This document shows positions 17,856 to 28,038 of a stretch of 64,000 nt of DNA, piece by piece (the first letter of the stretch is position 1; each line of letters starts with the position of its first letter). The stretch is from Candidatus Latescibacterota bacterium (GTDB lineage: Bacteria; Latescibacterota; UBA2968; GCA-2709665). A program made the translations under genes and the position numbers. The notes under the pieces are model-generated. The model did not search any database. It was not told where the DNA came from and saw only the letters and a list, made by a program, of their open reading frames with translations. The stretch covers positions 3,072,001 through 3,136,000 of the forward strand of contig OZ250150.1 of assembly GCA_965237675.1 (NCBI GenBank). Reading direction: 5' to 3'.

Positions 17856-19040
17856 TCATGGGAGCGCGGGCAACCCGCCAGGGATGGTAACAGGGGCCTC
17901 GTCTTGCGGGGTCTCCGGTTCGGTGCGGAGCTCGTTGTAGAGGTTGTCGCGTTCCGCGGGTTTGCGTCCGGCTTCAATAATGCGTTCCACCAGTTGTTTC
18001 CGGGTGAGAACCTGGCGGGTTTCCTCGTACGTGCGCCTCGTGATTTCGTATTCCTGGATGGTGCCGTCGATGTCGTCGGCGCCGTACCAGAGGGCGACCT
18101 GCGAGATTTCGATGGTGTTCATAATCCAGAACGACTTGATATGCGGGAAATTGTCCAGCATGAGTCGGGCGACGGCGATTTCGCGCAGGTCGGCTTCGCC
18201 GGTGGGCGCGGGCAGGTGTTCCAGTTCGGTGCGTTCGGGGTGGAAGGAGAGCGGGATGTAGGCCAGAAAACCGTGGGTCTCGTCCTGGAGTTCACGGAGG
18301 CTGACCAGGTGCTGAACCCGTTCATCCGGATTCTCTATGTGCCCGTAAAGCATGGTGGCGTTGGTGGGCAGGCCCACTTCGTGTGCGGTTCGTGCAACCC
18401 GAAGCCATTCGTCGGAGTCGGCCTTGGTCCAGAACATCTCCGCCTGGACACGATCGCTGAAAACTTCCGCGCCCCCGCCGGGGATGGACGAAACGCCCGC
18501 TGCTTTGAGTTCCAGCATGACGTCCCGGAGCGGTTTTTTCGCGGCTCTGGCGATTTGCACCCATTCGATCGCCGTAAACGCCTTTACGGCGACGTCCGGG
18601 CGGATTTGCTTGACGGCGTGTACGATGTCGATATAGTAGGAATAGGGCAGTTTGGGGTTGATTCCCGCCACCATGTGGATTTCGGTGATGGGAATGTGCA
18701 GATATTGTCTCACGCGTTCCTGGATGTCGTCCGGCGAAAGCACATATCCTCGACGGTCTTTCGGCGGCACGTAAAAGGAACAGAATCTACAGAGCTTGTT
18801 GCAGATGTTGGTGTAGTTGATGTGCTGGTTTCGCACGTACCAGGCCACGTCTCCGCAGATACGTTCGCGTACGATATTCGCCATGTACCCCACCGCGTTG
18901 AGATTCGGCGTCTCGTAAAGCCGCATACCGTCGTCGGCGGAGAGGCGTTCATTCGCGGTAATTTTGTCGTAGATGTGTTTGAGTTCTATCGGGATCTTCG
19001 GTTTCACCGGGGCATCCTTCCCGTCGTGGCGGACCTTCAA
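17856..19040 (-). CDS. mqnE: aminofutalosine synthase (radical SAM)
   Basis: Motifs HINYTNICNKLCRFCSF, VKAFTAIE, GGGAEVF, NATMLYGHIE, HIKSFWIM, GADDIDGT. Confidence 0.9.
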   Translation of the reverse strand: MKVRHDGKDAPVKPKIPIELKHIYDKITANERLSADDGMRLYETPNLNAVGYMANIVRERICGDVAWYVRNQHINYTNICNKLCRFCSFYVPPKDRRGYVLSPDDIQERVRQYLHIPITEIHMVAGINPKLPYSYYIDIVHAVKQIRPDVAVKAFTAIEWVQIARAAKKPLRDVMLELKAAGVSSIPGGGAEVFSDRVQAEMFWTKADSDEWLRVARTAHEVGLPTNATMLYGHIENPDERVQHLVSLRELQDETHGFLAYIPLSFHPERTELEHLPAPTGEADLREIAVARLMLDNFPHIKSFWIMNTIEISQVALWYGADDIDGTIQEYEITRRTYEETRQVLTRKQLVERIIEAGRKPAERDNLYNELRTEPETPQDEAPVTIPGGLPALP

Positions 19041-20737
19041 TTCTGGCTCAACATTTCGCGGGCGTGTTCCATCGTAAGGTCGGATATATTCTCCCCGCCG
19101 AGAAGTTTTGCAAGCTCCCGGGCGCGGTCTTCGGCTCCCAGGTGGATCACCCGGGTGACGGTGCGGCCATTCGACACGGCCTTATGTACGGCCAGATGGG
19201 TATCCGCCATTCTGGCGATTTGTGGGAGATGGGTAATCGAAATGGTCTGGCGTGCGCGTGACAGGCTCTTGAGTTTCTTGCCCACCACGTCGGCAATGCG
19301 GCCGGAGATGCCGATGTCGATTTCGTCGAAGATGAGAACCTGTACCGGATCCGATTGGGAGAGTACGGATTTCAGGGCAAGCATGATCCGGGAAATCTCG
19401 CCGCCTGAAGCCACCTTGACCAGCGGCCTGAGGGCTTCGCCGGGGTTCGTGGAGATGTGGAACTCGACGCGATCGATGCCCTTCGGACCCACGCGAAACC
19501 GCCTGTTGTCCAGGCTTACCCAACCGTCGGCTGACTCGTTCCGGAGGCACTCAACTCGGAAATCGGCCCGGGGTATCCCCAGGTCACCGAGTGCTTCCCT
19601 GGTTTTTCGGGAGAGGTCACGCGCGGCAGCTTCACGCGCCTTGGATAGCCTGGCGCACAGTTGCGTCAGACCGTCGCGGGCGGCGTCGATTTCGCCTTCG
19701 ATCTTCGCCAGCGAACGGTCCAGACGCTCCGATTGCGCCAGTTCCTCATCCGCGTTTTCGCGGTGCTCAAGTACCGTATCGAGGCTGCCGCCGTATTTCT
19801 TCTTCAGGTGCGCCAGGAGATCCAGGCGCCCTGTGACCTCGGCCAGACGTTCCGGGTTGTGCTCGACACTGCGTGCATAGTCGGAAAAAAACCGCGCCAG
19901 TTCTTCGATGACATAGCGCTGGGCGGCCAGTTCATCGGATTGAAGGCGGAGCGTTTCGTCCATTTGTACGGCATCTCTCAGGAGGTGTTCGGCCGCGCCC
20001 AGACGATCCACGACAGAGTCGTCGCCCTGGTAGAGCAGGGTTTCCAGGTGGATGGCGGTTTCGATGAGGCGTTCCGCGTGGGTAAGGAGGGACCGTTCCT
20101 GCAGGAGATGCTCGTCCTCGTCCGGTTCCGGATCCGCCGAAGCGATCTCCTCAACCTGAAATTCAAGAAGTTCCCGCCGGTCGCGCATCCGTTGCGCTTC
20201 GGCATTGGCGTTTTCACGCCTTGCAAGGAGGTCGGACAGACGGCTGTGCGCAATGCCGACCGATTCCCGGAGTTTACCCAGGTCGCCGAACCCGTCCAGA
20301 AAGTCGATGTGACGTTCCACATCCAGAAGGGATTGGTGGTCGTGTTGGCCATGAAGGTCAACCAGAGCCCTGGCCAGGTCGAGCAGGCTGCGAACGGGTA
20401 CGGCGAGGCCGTTGACGAAACAGCGGCTTCGGCCATTCGCGACGACCTCCCGGCGGATAATGAGTTCACCCTGCTCGGCCTGGATGCCCATGGCGTCCAG
20501 GAGCGGCAGACACCCGTGATCGGGCCGCAACTGAAGAATGGCCTCAACAATGCACCGCTTTTCGTCGGTACGGATCACTTCCGGGCTCGCGCGCATCCCC
20601 AGAACCAGTCCCAGCGCGCCGATGAGGATGGATTTACCCGCACCGGTTTCGCCCGTGATGATATTCAACCCGGGACCGAATTCGATTTCAACTCTGTCGA
20701 TCAGCGCATAGTTGACGACAAGCAGTCGGCAAAGCAC
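19037..20737 (-). CDS. recN: DNA repair protein RecN
   Basis: Motifs ITGETGAGKS, DLHGQHDHQ, ASGGEISR, LIFDEIDIG, ITHLPQIA. GTG start at 20737 after AGGAG. Confidence 0.95.
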   Translation of the reverse strand: MLCRLLVVNYALIDRVEIEFGPGLNIITGETGAGKSILIGALGLVLGMRASPEVIRTDEKRCIVEAILQLRPDHGCLPLLDAMGIQAEQGELIIRREVVANGRSRCFVNGLAVPVRSLLDLARALVDLHGQHDHQSLLDVERHIDFLDGFGDLGKLRESVGIAHSRLSDLLARRENANAEAQRMRDRRELLEFQVEEIASADPEPDEDEHLLQERSLLTHAERLIETAIHLETLLYQGDDSVVDRLGAAEHLLRDAVQMDETLRLQSDELAAQRYVIEELARFFSDYARSVEHNPERLAEVTGRLDLLAHLKKKYGGSLDTVLEHRENADEELAQSERLDRSLAKIEGEIDAARDGLTQLCARLSKAREAAARDLSRKTREALGDLGIPRADFRVECLRNESADGWVSLDNRRFRVGPKGIDRVEFHISTNPGEALRPLVKVASGGEISRIMLALKSVLSQSDPVQVLIFDEIDIGISGRIADVVGKKLKSLSRARQTISITHLPQIARMADTHLAVHKAVSNGRTVTRVIHLGAEDRARELAKLLGGENISDLTMEHAREMLSQN

Positions 20738-20739
20738 GG

Positions 20740-21606
20740 TCAGGACTCCTGCGGTCCACGCCGGTCCAGGCTCCAATCCAGTTTGCGCCTGAGCAACTGG
20801 TAGAAGGAAAGTCCCTGAAGGTTGATCAACCGGATGGTGTGAGCGGCCTGGCGGATGTGAACGCGTCCTTCGGGCTGAATGGGTGAGACGATTTTGCCAT
20901 CGGCGGTGACCATGAAATCGCTGTGTTCGGCGATCACCTGGACGGTGATCGCCTGATTTCCCGGTATGACGGCCGGACGCAGCGACAGCGAATGTGCGCA
21001 AATGGGCGTGATAATGAATGCACGCATATCCGGATGGAGGATTGGACCTCCCGCCGAGAGGCTGTAGCTGGTTGATCCGGTTGGCGTGGATATGATTATG
21101 CCGTTTCCGAAAAAGGAACTGAACGGCGTGTCTGAAATCCAGGTCTTCACCTGGACGAGGCGGGCAAGCACCCTTTTTTCGATGACGATTTCGTTAAGCG
21201 CGAAAAAGGTCCTGTTGCCAATGACCGCTTCCAGGGTCATGCGTTCTTCAAGCTGGTATTCTCCTCGCTTCAATCTGCCGAGACTTTCTCCCAACTCTTC
21301 GGGCGCAGCCCCCGCCAGAAACCCAAGCCGGCCGAGGTTGACGCCCAGAATGGGTATTTGCGTGGATGCGACCAGTTTGGCGGCCCGGAGTATAGTGCCG
21401 TCTCCACCCAGGGCAACGACAATATCCGAGTGCCCGGCCAACTCGGCGGCCGGGCAGAAGGTAACCCCATTGGAGACACGGATTTTCCGTAACGGTTCCT
21501 CCAGAATGAGCTCGATGCCCCGGTCGTGGGCAAGCTGCACGAAATTCTGGATGGTGGGACCGATGCCGTCCCGTTCGATATATGCCAGTATGCCAATACG
21601 TTTCAT
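20740..21606 (-). CDS. nadK: NAD(+) kinase
   Basis: Motifs LGGDGTIL, GVNLGRLGFL, ALNE, STPTGSTSYSLSAGGP. Confidence 0.95.
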   Translation of the reverse strand: MKRIGILAYIERDGIGPTIQNFVQLAHDRGIELILEEPLRKIRVSNGVTFCPAAELAGHSDIVVALGGDGTILRAAKLVASTQIPILGVNLGRLGFLAGAAPEELGESLGRLKRGEYQLEERMTLEAVIGNRTFFALNEIVIEKRVLARLVQVKTWISDTPFSSFFGNGIIISTPTGSTSYSLSAGGPILHPDMRAFIITPICAHSLSLRPAVIPGNQAITVQVIAEHSDFMVTADGKIVSPIQPEGRVHIRQAAHTIRLINLQGLSFYQLLRRKLDWSLDRRGPQES

Positions 21607-21752
21607 AGGGGCCGGGAGCCGGTGAGACGATGATTTAGTTCTGCTGTCTTAATGTAGCCTGAATTCGAAGATTTCGCAATCGGTGTTCCCCTCCCCAGTG
21701 TTCTTTTCCGGAAATAGATTGCCGAATGGTGACATATTTCCGGGAAAAAACA

Positions 21753-21998
21753 CTAGTCCCCGGCATCCTCCACGGCATCCAGTTCGGTGAGCCGGAAATC
21801 GTTACCACCTTCGGTTGCCAGGACTTCGACACGCTGTTTGGCTTCTTCCAGCCGCGCCCGACACAGGTTTGACGCCTTCAATCCCTCTTCAAAGAGGCGG
21901 AGTGCTTCCGCCAGGGGCAGATTTCCGGCTTCAAGGGTTTCAACCGCGGTTTCCAGCTGCTTGAGCGCGTCTTCGAATGTGGGTTCTTCTCCGGCCAT
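21753..21998 (-). CDS. xseB: exodeoxyribonuclease VII small subunit
   Basis: TFEDALKQLETAVETLEAGNLPLAEALRLFEEG. Start at MAGEE after GAGGAG. Confidence 0.93.
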   Translation of the reverse strand: MAGEEPTFEDALKQLETAVETLEAGNLPLAEALRLFEEGLKASNLCRARLEEAKQRVEVLATEGGNDFRLTELDAVEDAGD

Positions 21999-22180
21999 TG
22001 GACTCCTCATGGGGTTGAAGGGCTCATCCTGGGTCAGGGCACTGGGTTTCGAATGGGTCAGGGAGGCATCCGCGCGGCGACGACCCGGCGGTGTCCGCAT
22101 CGGGCGGCACACGGCGGCTAGTGTGAGATCGTCTCCCGGTTCACGCCGCCGGCATCGACATCCCGGAATGCCGCTCCCGA

Positions 22181-23398
22181 TCAACGATCCGTCCGGTTTG
22201 CGGTCATCACACGGTTGACCGTGCAGGATAATTCACCTTCCGACAGTCGAATACGGACTTGCTCGTCTTCGGAAAGGGTTTCCGCGCGGGTGACCAGTTC
22301 GTTGTTGTCGGCCCGGTGCGTGAGGCTGTACCCGCGGCTCAGGACCGAGAGCGGGCTGAGGGTCCCGAGTTCGCCGGTGTTGCGGCGGTACGATTCCAGG
22401 CGCCTGTCGAATATGCGCCGGATATTGTTCTGAAGGCCCTTCTGAAGGTCGTCGATGGCCTGGAAATTCTGGAAGATGTTGTCTTCCACCTTCCGCAGTC
22501 CGTACCGGCCCAGGTAACCGTCGAGTAGATCTTCGTTTTCTTTCAGATAGCGATTGAGCGCTGCAAAAGAACGACTGGCGAGGTTGTGGATTCTGGCGCG
22601 TAACTCGGCTGCGTCGCGAACGGCCAGTTCGGCGGCCGCGGAGGGCGTGGGTGCCCTGCAATCGGCGGCGAGGTCGGCCAGGGTGATGTCGATTTCGTGA
22701 CCGACGGCGGATATGACGGGAATGGTTGAGCCGCAAATGGCTCGAACGACGATCTCCGTGTTGAATGCGGCCAGTTCTTCGGCCGCACCCCCGCCGCGCC
22801 CGACAATCAGCACGTCAACCTTTCCGTGAGCGTTCAGTTCATTGATGGCCAGCGCGATGTCCTCGGGGGCACCGGCGCCCTGAACCAGAGTCGGGCGGAG
22901 TACGATGTCGACCCCGCGGAATCGCCTTTCCAATACATTCAGAATGTCTCGAATCGCTGCTCCCGTACGCGAGGTAACCACACCGATTGAGTGTGGGAAC
23001 GCCGGCAGCGGGCGTTTCCGCGCCTGCTCGAACAGACCCTCTTCCTGGAGTTTGCGTTTCAACGCTTCCAGGGCCAGTTGCTGCTGGCCGCTGCCCGCCG
23101 GGAAAAGCTGCGTGACGTTTAACTGATACTCCCCGTTGCGTTCGTACACCGTTATCCGACCCCGGGCGAGTACCTTAACGCCGGTTTCGGGTTTGAATGC
23201 CGGCGTGGCGGAACGCCACATCACGCATCGAAGCTGGCAGTTCCGGTCCGTCAAGGTGAAATAGCGATGGCCGGAAGCCGCCTGATTGTACTGGGATATT
23301 TCGCCGACGATCCAGAGGACGGGGAATTCCGTTTCCAGGTTCTGCCGGATTGCCTGCGTTATTTCGGTAACGGTGTAGGGCCGGTCCGCCACGTTCAA
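22181..23398 (-). CDS. xseA: exodeoxyribonuclease VII large subunit
   Basis: Motifs GEIS..SGHRYFTL, VVTSRTGAAIRD, IVGRGGG, ISAVGHEID, APTPSAAAE, LSRGY. Confidence 0.95.
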   Translation of the reverse strand: MNVADRPYTVTEITQAIRQNLETEFPVLWIVGEISQYNQAASGHRYFTLTDRNCQLRCVMWRSATPAFKPETGVKVLARGRITVYERNGEYQLNVTQLFPAGSGQQQLALEALKRKLQEEGLFEQARKRPLPAFPHSIGVVTSRTGAAIRDILNVLERRFRGVDIVLRPTLVQGAGAPEDIALAINELNAHGKVDVLIVGRGGGAAEELAAFNTEIVVRAICGSTIPVISAVGHEIDITLADLAADCRAPTPSAAAELAVRDAAELRARIHNLASRSFAALNRYLKENEDLLDGYLGRYGLRKVEDNIFQNFQAIDDLQKGLQNNIRRIFDRRLESYRRNTGELGTLSPLSVLSRGYSLTHRADNNELVTRAETLSEDEQVRIRLSEGELSCTVNRVMTANRTDR

Positions 23399-24183
23399 GA
23401 CTCCTGCCAGTCGATGCGCAGCCGTTCAATGCGGGTGGCTTTTCCGGAAGTGTCTTCGACTTCGACGACGACGCCGCAAAGCTTGATATCGTTTTCAGCC
23501 GGTTCAAACCGAACCGGCGTTCGGTCCAGAAACCGATGGATGACGGCCTCCTTCCGTGCGCCGATGACCGAGTCGTGGGGGCCGGTCATGCCGGCATCCG
23601 ACACGTACGCGGTACCGCCTGGCAAAATCCTCTCATCGGCGGTTTGTACATGCGTGTGGGTGCCAAGAACGGCGCTGGCGCGGCCGTCCATGAACCAGCC
23701 GTATGCGATTTTTTCGGAACTTGCTTCCGCGTGAAAATCGATGACAATCACCGGGGTCTGCTCACGGAGGCGCTCCACGATATCCCTGCCGACGCGAAAG
23801 GGACAGTCCAGGTCGAGCATATGCACGCGGCCCTGGATGCTGACAACGCCGACCAGGACGCCGTTCGAGGCGGTGAAGATACCGTAGCCGACGCCGCCGA
23901 CACTCGCCGGGAAGTTCGCGGGACGCAGAACGCGATCGGCGCCCAATATGAACGGGATGGCGTCCCTGCGATCCCAGACGTGATTTCCCGTGGTGATTAC
24001 GTCGGCGCCGTAGGCGAAGAGTTTCTTCGCGATATTCTGGGTGATGCCGAAGCCCCCGGCCGAGTTTTCTCCATTCGCTATGCAGAAGTCGATACGGTGG
24101 CTCTCCTTGAGCCGGGGAATCAGATCCGCAGCCGCTTTTCTTCCCGGCCGACCGTAGATATCGCCGACAAACAAGATATTCAA
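23395..24183 (-). CDS. ymdB: TIGR00282/YmdB-family metallophosphoesterase
   Basis: Motifs LFVGDIYG, ANGENSAGG, TTGNH, DFHAEASSEK, GTHTHVQTAD. Canonical position after rny. Confidence 0.92.
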   Translation of the reverse strand: MNILFVGDIYGRPGRKAAADLIPRLKESHRIDFCIANGENSAGGFGITQNIAKKLFAYGADVITTGNHVWDRRDAIPFILGADRVLRPANFPASVGGVGYGIFTASNGVLVGVVSIQGRVHMLDLDCPFRVGRDIVERLREQTPVIVIDFHAEASSEKIAYGWFMDGRASAVLGTHTHVQTADERILPGGTAYVSDAGMTGPHDSVIGARKEAVIHRFLDRTPVRFEPAENDIKLCGVVVEVEDTSGKATRIERLRIDWQES

Positions 24184-24353
24184 AAGGACACCTTTGAAGA
24201 ACCGTCAACGATTGAGGGCGCGCAATCGCAGGTGAAGGTGGATGATTCGCCTCCGGCAGGGACAGACTCGGAGACGGACACCGGGGAAAAACGGGTGTTT
24301 CAGATACCGGTTCAGCGGGAAGAAGGGACCGGGTGGGAATCGTGCCGGCCGCG

Positions 24354-25940
24354 TCAGCGTGCAAAATCCACCGAGCGCGTTTCCCTGATGACGGTTACCT
24401 TTACCGGTCCCGGGCAAGTGGCATCTTCGGTAATCCGAGAGACGATTTGCGTGGCCAGGCGTTCCGTATCGGCGTCGCTCATCATATCGGAGTCCGCAAC
24501 CACGCGGACCTCCTGTCCGGCCTTGATGGCGAAGACCGATTCCACGCCATGCACCATCTTGGCAATGGACTCCAGTCGTTCCAATCGTCTTACGTAATTC
24601 TCAATCTGTTCACGCTGCGCACCCGGACGGGACCGAGATATGCAATCGGCTGCGTCGACAAGCACGGCAACGGGTGAAACGGGGTCCGCATCTCCGTGAT
24701 GGGCCTCGATCGCGTTGATCACAATCGCGTCTTCACCATATTTCCGCGCGAGGTCCGCTCCGTTCTCTCCGTACGTGCCCTCGGCTTCGTGAGCCAGACC
24801 CTTGCCGATGTCGTGCAGGAATCCGGCGCGTTTGGCCAACTGGGCGTCGAGACCCAGCGACGTGGCCATCATGCCAGAAAGAAAGGCCACCTCTTTACTG
24901 TGATTCAGCACATTCTGACCGTAGCTGGTGCGGAATTTGAGGCGGCCCAGGCATGCGATAAGACGATCGTGCAGGCCCGGTACGCCAACGTCGAATGCCG
25001 CCTGAACGCCGGCATCGTGCATGACCTCCTGGATCGACTCCCTGGACTTCTGCGCGATTTCCTCGATCCGGCCCGGGTGGATACGTCCGTCCAGTATCAG
25101 CTGTTCCATGGCAATCTGGGCAACAGCCCGGCGGATGGGGTCGAACCCCGACAGGATCACTGCTTCAGGCGTGTCGTCGATCGTGACATCCACGCCAGTC
25201 GCCATTTCAAACGCGCGGATGTTCCGCCCTTCCCGTCCGATAATTCGCCCCTTCATCTCGTCGGAGGGAAGGCGTACCACCGCAACGGTGGATTCGATCG
25301 TATGGTCTGCCGCCAAACGCTGAATCGCGCCGGCGACAATTTCCCTGGCTTCGTCGTTGGCGCGGACGAGGGCGTCGTCACGAATCTCCTTGAGCCGCCA
25401 CTCCGCATCGCGCTCCGCCTCTTCTTCCATGTTGGCCATCAGGACGCGTTTCGCCTCTTCCTTCGTGAGTCCGGCGATCTGTTCCAGGCGCCTGGTCTGC
25501 CTCAACCGGCTTTGTTCCAGTTCCTGTTCCCGACTGGCGAGTTGCGTCTCCAGCAGACGGAGTTGCTCATTTTTCTCGGTAGCCAGTTTTTCCTTATCGT
25601 TCAACAGGTCCGCACGTTTGTCAAGCTGCCGTCTCAGGCTGCTCAACTTCATGTCTTCCCTGGAGGAACGACTGCGTTTTTCTTTCAGTTCCTGTTCAAA
25701 CCGGAGCCGCTCCTGCTGTATCCTGTCTTTGGCTTCCAGAACCGACGTCCGTTTCATGGCATCCGCTTCGGTCTGGGCGTCTTCAAGAATCTTTTCCGCG
25801 GAGAGTTCGGCGCGATGAATCTTGCTCTGCGCAATTTTGCCGCTGATCAGCCATCCCAGAATATATCCAAGTATAAGCAGGCCGGCCGACAGCATCATTA
25901 CCGTGACGATTTCCATGGTCGTGTCTATCGGCAGGTTCAT
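24354..25940 (-). CDS. rny: ribonuclease Y
   Basis: N-terminal TM segment, coiled coil, KH domain (KGRIIGREGRNIR), HD domain (SYGQNVLNHS, LHDIGK). Confidence 0.95.
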   Translation of the reverse strand: MNLPIDTTMEIVTVMMLSAGLLILGYILGWLISGKIAQSKIHRAELSAEKILEDAQTEADAMKRTSVLEAKDRIQQERLRFEQELKEKRSRSSREDMKLSSLRRQLDKRADLLNDKEKLATEKNEQLRLLETQLASREQELEQSRLRQTRRLEQIAGLTKEEAKRVLMANMEEEAERDAEWRLKEIRDDALVRANDEAREIVAGAIQRLAADHTIESTVAVVRLPSDEMKGRIIGREGRNIRAFEMATGVDVTIDDTPEAVILSGFDPIRRAVAQIAMEQLILDGRIHPGRIEEIAQKSRESIQEVMHDAGVQAAFDVGVPGLHDRLIACLGRLKFRTSYGQNVLNHSKEVAFLSGMMATSLGLDAQLAKRAGFLHDIGKGLAHEAEGTYGENGADLARKYGEDAIVINAIEAHHGDADPVSPVAVLVDAADCISRSRPGAQREQIENYVRRLERLESIAKMVHGVESVFAIKAGQEVRVVADSDMMSDADTERLATQIVSRITEDATCPGPVKVTVIRETRSVDFAR

Positions 25941-26171
25941 TTTGGTCTCCCCGTCTTAGAAGCCGTCTTAAAACCCCCAGCGGTCTTCGCGCCTGCCTGC
26001 TGCGGCAGGCAAGGCAGGCGACTGCAAAAGCGTCGGTCGGCGTTGGTTAAAACCCTCCCGTATCTTGAGGTCGAGGCTGCGCGCCCCTCGCGCCTCATGA
26101 CCGCCACCTTTTCGCTCGCGCCCGGGAACTCACCGGGAATTTTAAAACAGCTTCTTATGAAATTCGTGCAT

Positions 26172-26260
26172 AAAAAAACCCGCTTGCATTCATCCGGTTC
26201 CGTACATTCCGTCCGGTTAACAATGATCGCTCCGGATGGTTACAGATGAACGCAGCAGGC
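26172..26260 (-). ncRNA. rod-like structured RNA at the canonical 6S RNA (ssrS) position
   Basis: Between zapA and rny. Long imperfect stem cctgctgcgttcatctg / cggatgaatgcaagcggg with inner stem ccatccgg/ccggacgg and a T7 run. Only about 80-90 nt. Confidence 0.4.
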
Positions 26261-26330
26261 AACACCGGAATCGTTGACCCGGCAGGGGTACCGGGAAACG
26301 TCGGCACGCCCTTTCTGTTTGAGGCTGTCT

Positions 26331-26615
26331 CTACGCAATCCGGTTTGTGAAAGACGCCAGATTGTGGGTCTGTTCTGTCAGGGTCTTTCCCAGTTTCTGA
26401 CTGGCCTCTTCCTCTTTGAGCAGTTCGTGGGCGAGATTGACGGCCGCAACGACTGCAATTTTGGCAACCGAACGAAGCGAAATGTAGTTCGCGACATCAC
26501 GCATTTTCTGGTCGACGTACCGGGCTACGGCCCGGGCATGGTCCGGGTCGCCTTCCGTGCAGATCGTGTATTCGGTGCCGAGAATCCGGACGCGTATTGC
26601 CGGTTGATCAGACAT
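26331..26615 (-). CDS. zapA: cell division protein ZapA
   Basis: Motifs IRVRILGTEYTI, VARYVDQKM, IAVVAAVNLAHEL. Confidence 0.9.
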   Translation of the reverse strand: MSDQPAIRVRILGTEYTICTEGDPDHARAVARYVDQKMRDVANYISLRSVAKIAVVAAVNLAHELLKEEEASQKLGKTLTEQTHNLASFTNRIA

Positions 26616-26682
26616 GAAACCTCGGGACATCCGGAGGCGATGTGAAACTCTGGGGGTCGGTATGGATGTCGACGGTGCTGTT

Positions 26683-27156
26683 TTACGCTGTATTCACTGA
26701 ATCCAGACGCGTGATCATGGTTTCGATTTTGCGTTGGATTTCCTCCTTGTTCTCAATCAGAGACGCATTATTGTCGTAAATGGACCGGAGCCGTTCCCTT
26801 TCGGCCCGCAATTCAGAGAGAGCCTGGTCCTGGTTCTCCAGGCGTTGTTGAAGTTCCAGGTTTCTCTGCTCGAGTTCGGCGATTTCCTGTCGTGACTGCT
26901 GGATAATAACGACGGCGCGATCAATTTCACCAATAAGGAGATCCAGCTGTTCCATTACACGAATTTCAGACTCCAGCCCTTCCTCTTCCCGGTCGGACGT
27001 ATCCGGTTGTTCGTCTCCCTGATCCTGCAGATCGAGCCGTGCATCTGCGGGACCGTCCGACCCAGTAGGTTCGTCTGTCTGATCGATAGATCTGAAGGAT
27101 TCTTCTTCTCGATTTCGCGATTCCAGTTGTTCGTTTATCCGATCTTGCGCTTCCAT
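26683..27156 (-). CDS. ZapB-like coiled-coil protein with acidic N-terminal extension
   Basis: Heptad pattern LDLLIGEIDRAV...IQRKIETMITRLDS; immediately upstream of zapA. Confidence 0.6.
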   Translation of the reverse strand: MEAQDRINEQLESRNREEESFRSIDQTDEPTGSDGPADARLDLQDQGDEQPDTSDREEEGLESEIRVMEQLDLLIGEIDRAVVIIQQSRQEIAELEQRNLELQQRLENQDQALSELRAERERLRSIYDNNASLIENKEEIQRKIETMITRLDSVNTA

Positions 27157-27358
27157 GTATTCGCCCTTTCATGGCTGACGGATTCTTCACCCTGTTTTTT
27201 TCACAGTCGGGGAACAACAAGACCGTTGCGCAACCCTACGCTACGCAATTTAAACTCTCCATGGCCCAAAGTCAAGGGTGGGATACCCGACGCCGGGGAG
27301 CGAAAACGGAATCTGAATCGGTGCGAGGGGACGCTTTTCTGATGGATTCCACGATTTG

Positions 27359-27712
27359 TTACAGGTGTTGACGGGCTTGTTCCGCCAGGGCTGAGAATGC
27401 CGCTGCATCGGTAACGGCCAGGTTGGCCAGAACTTTCCTGTCAACGGAAATATCGGCCTGTTTCAGCCCGTTGATCAGGTTGCTGTAGGAAAGCCCGTTG
27501 AGCCGGGCCGCGGCGTTGATTCGAACGATCCAGAGAGAGCGGAAACTCCTCTTTTTTTGACGACGGTCCCTATATGCGTAGGAAAGTGCCCGATTGACTG
27601 TGTCGTCCGCGGTGCGGTACAGCTTGCTCCGACCGCCCCGGTACCCGCGCGCGGCTTTAAGCACCTTTTTCCGCCTGCGTCGCGAAGCCACACTATTCGT
27701 TGATCTGGACAT
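27359..27712 (-). CDS. rplT: 50S ribosomal protein L20
   Basis: Motifs [39 protein letters not shown]. Confidence 0.98.
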   Translation of the reverse strand: MSRSTNSVASRRRRKKVLKAARGYRGGRSKLYRTADDTVNRALSYAYRDRRQKKRSFRSLWIVRINAAARLNGLSYSNLINGLKQADISVDRKVLANLAVTDAAAFSALAEQARQHL

Positions 27713-27843
27713 GCCGATGGTCTCCTGGTAGCGCTTGGCCGTGTTAAAGGCAGGTGTTGCCGCCGGTCCGCCACGGCCTTCTATTGACGAACCCCTGTCC
27801 GATCACGGGAAGGGAACTTCCGGGTTGACGGCGTAACAGCCCG

Positions 27844-28038
27844 TCAGTTCGGAAGCAGGCGCTCTACGCGGTTCTGGTCGGATTTGTGTACTGCGGCGGG
27901 TTTGCGCAGATGCATCTTGCGTTTACTGCTCTTGCTTGTCAGGTTATGGGTAGCCGTTGATTTCCCGCGTCCGATCACGCCGGATTTCCGGCGTTTGAAC
28001 CGTTTCGCGGCCCCGCGGTGAGTTTTCATTTTGGGCAC
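27844..28038 (-). CDS. rpmI: 50S ribosomal protein L35
   Basis: PKMKTHRGAAKRF; GTG start at 28038. Confidence 0.95.
   Translation of the reverse strand: MPKMKTHRGAAKRFKRRKSGVIGRGKSTATHNLTSKSSKRKMHLRKPAAVHKSDQNRVERLLPN

Noticed and set aside
17904-20803. Long plus-strand ORFs (658 aa, 380 aa) and similar antisense ORFs elsewhere (9453-10814, 24696-26249)
   Set aside because: They are shadows of well-supported minus-strand genes in GC-rich DNA and have no recognisable motifs.
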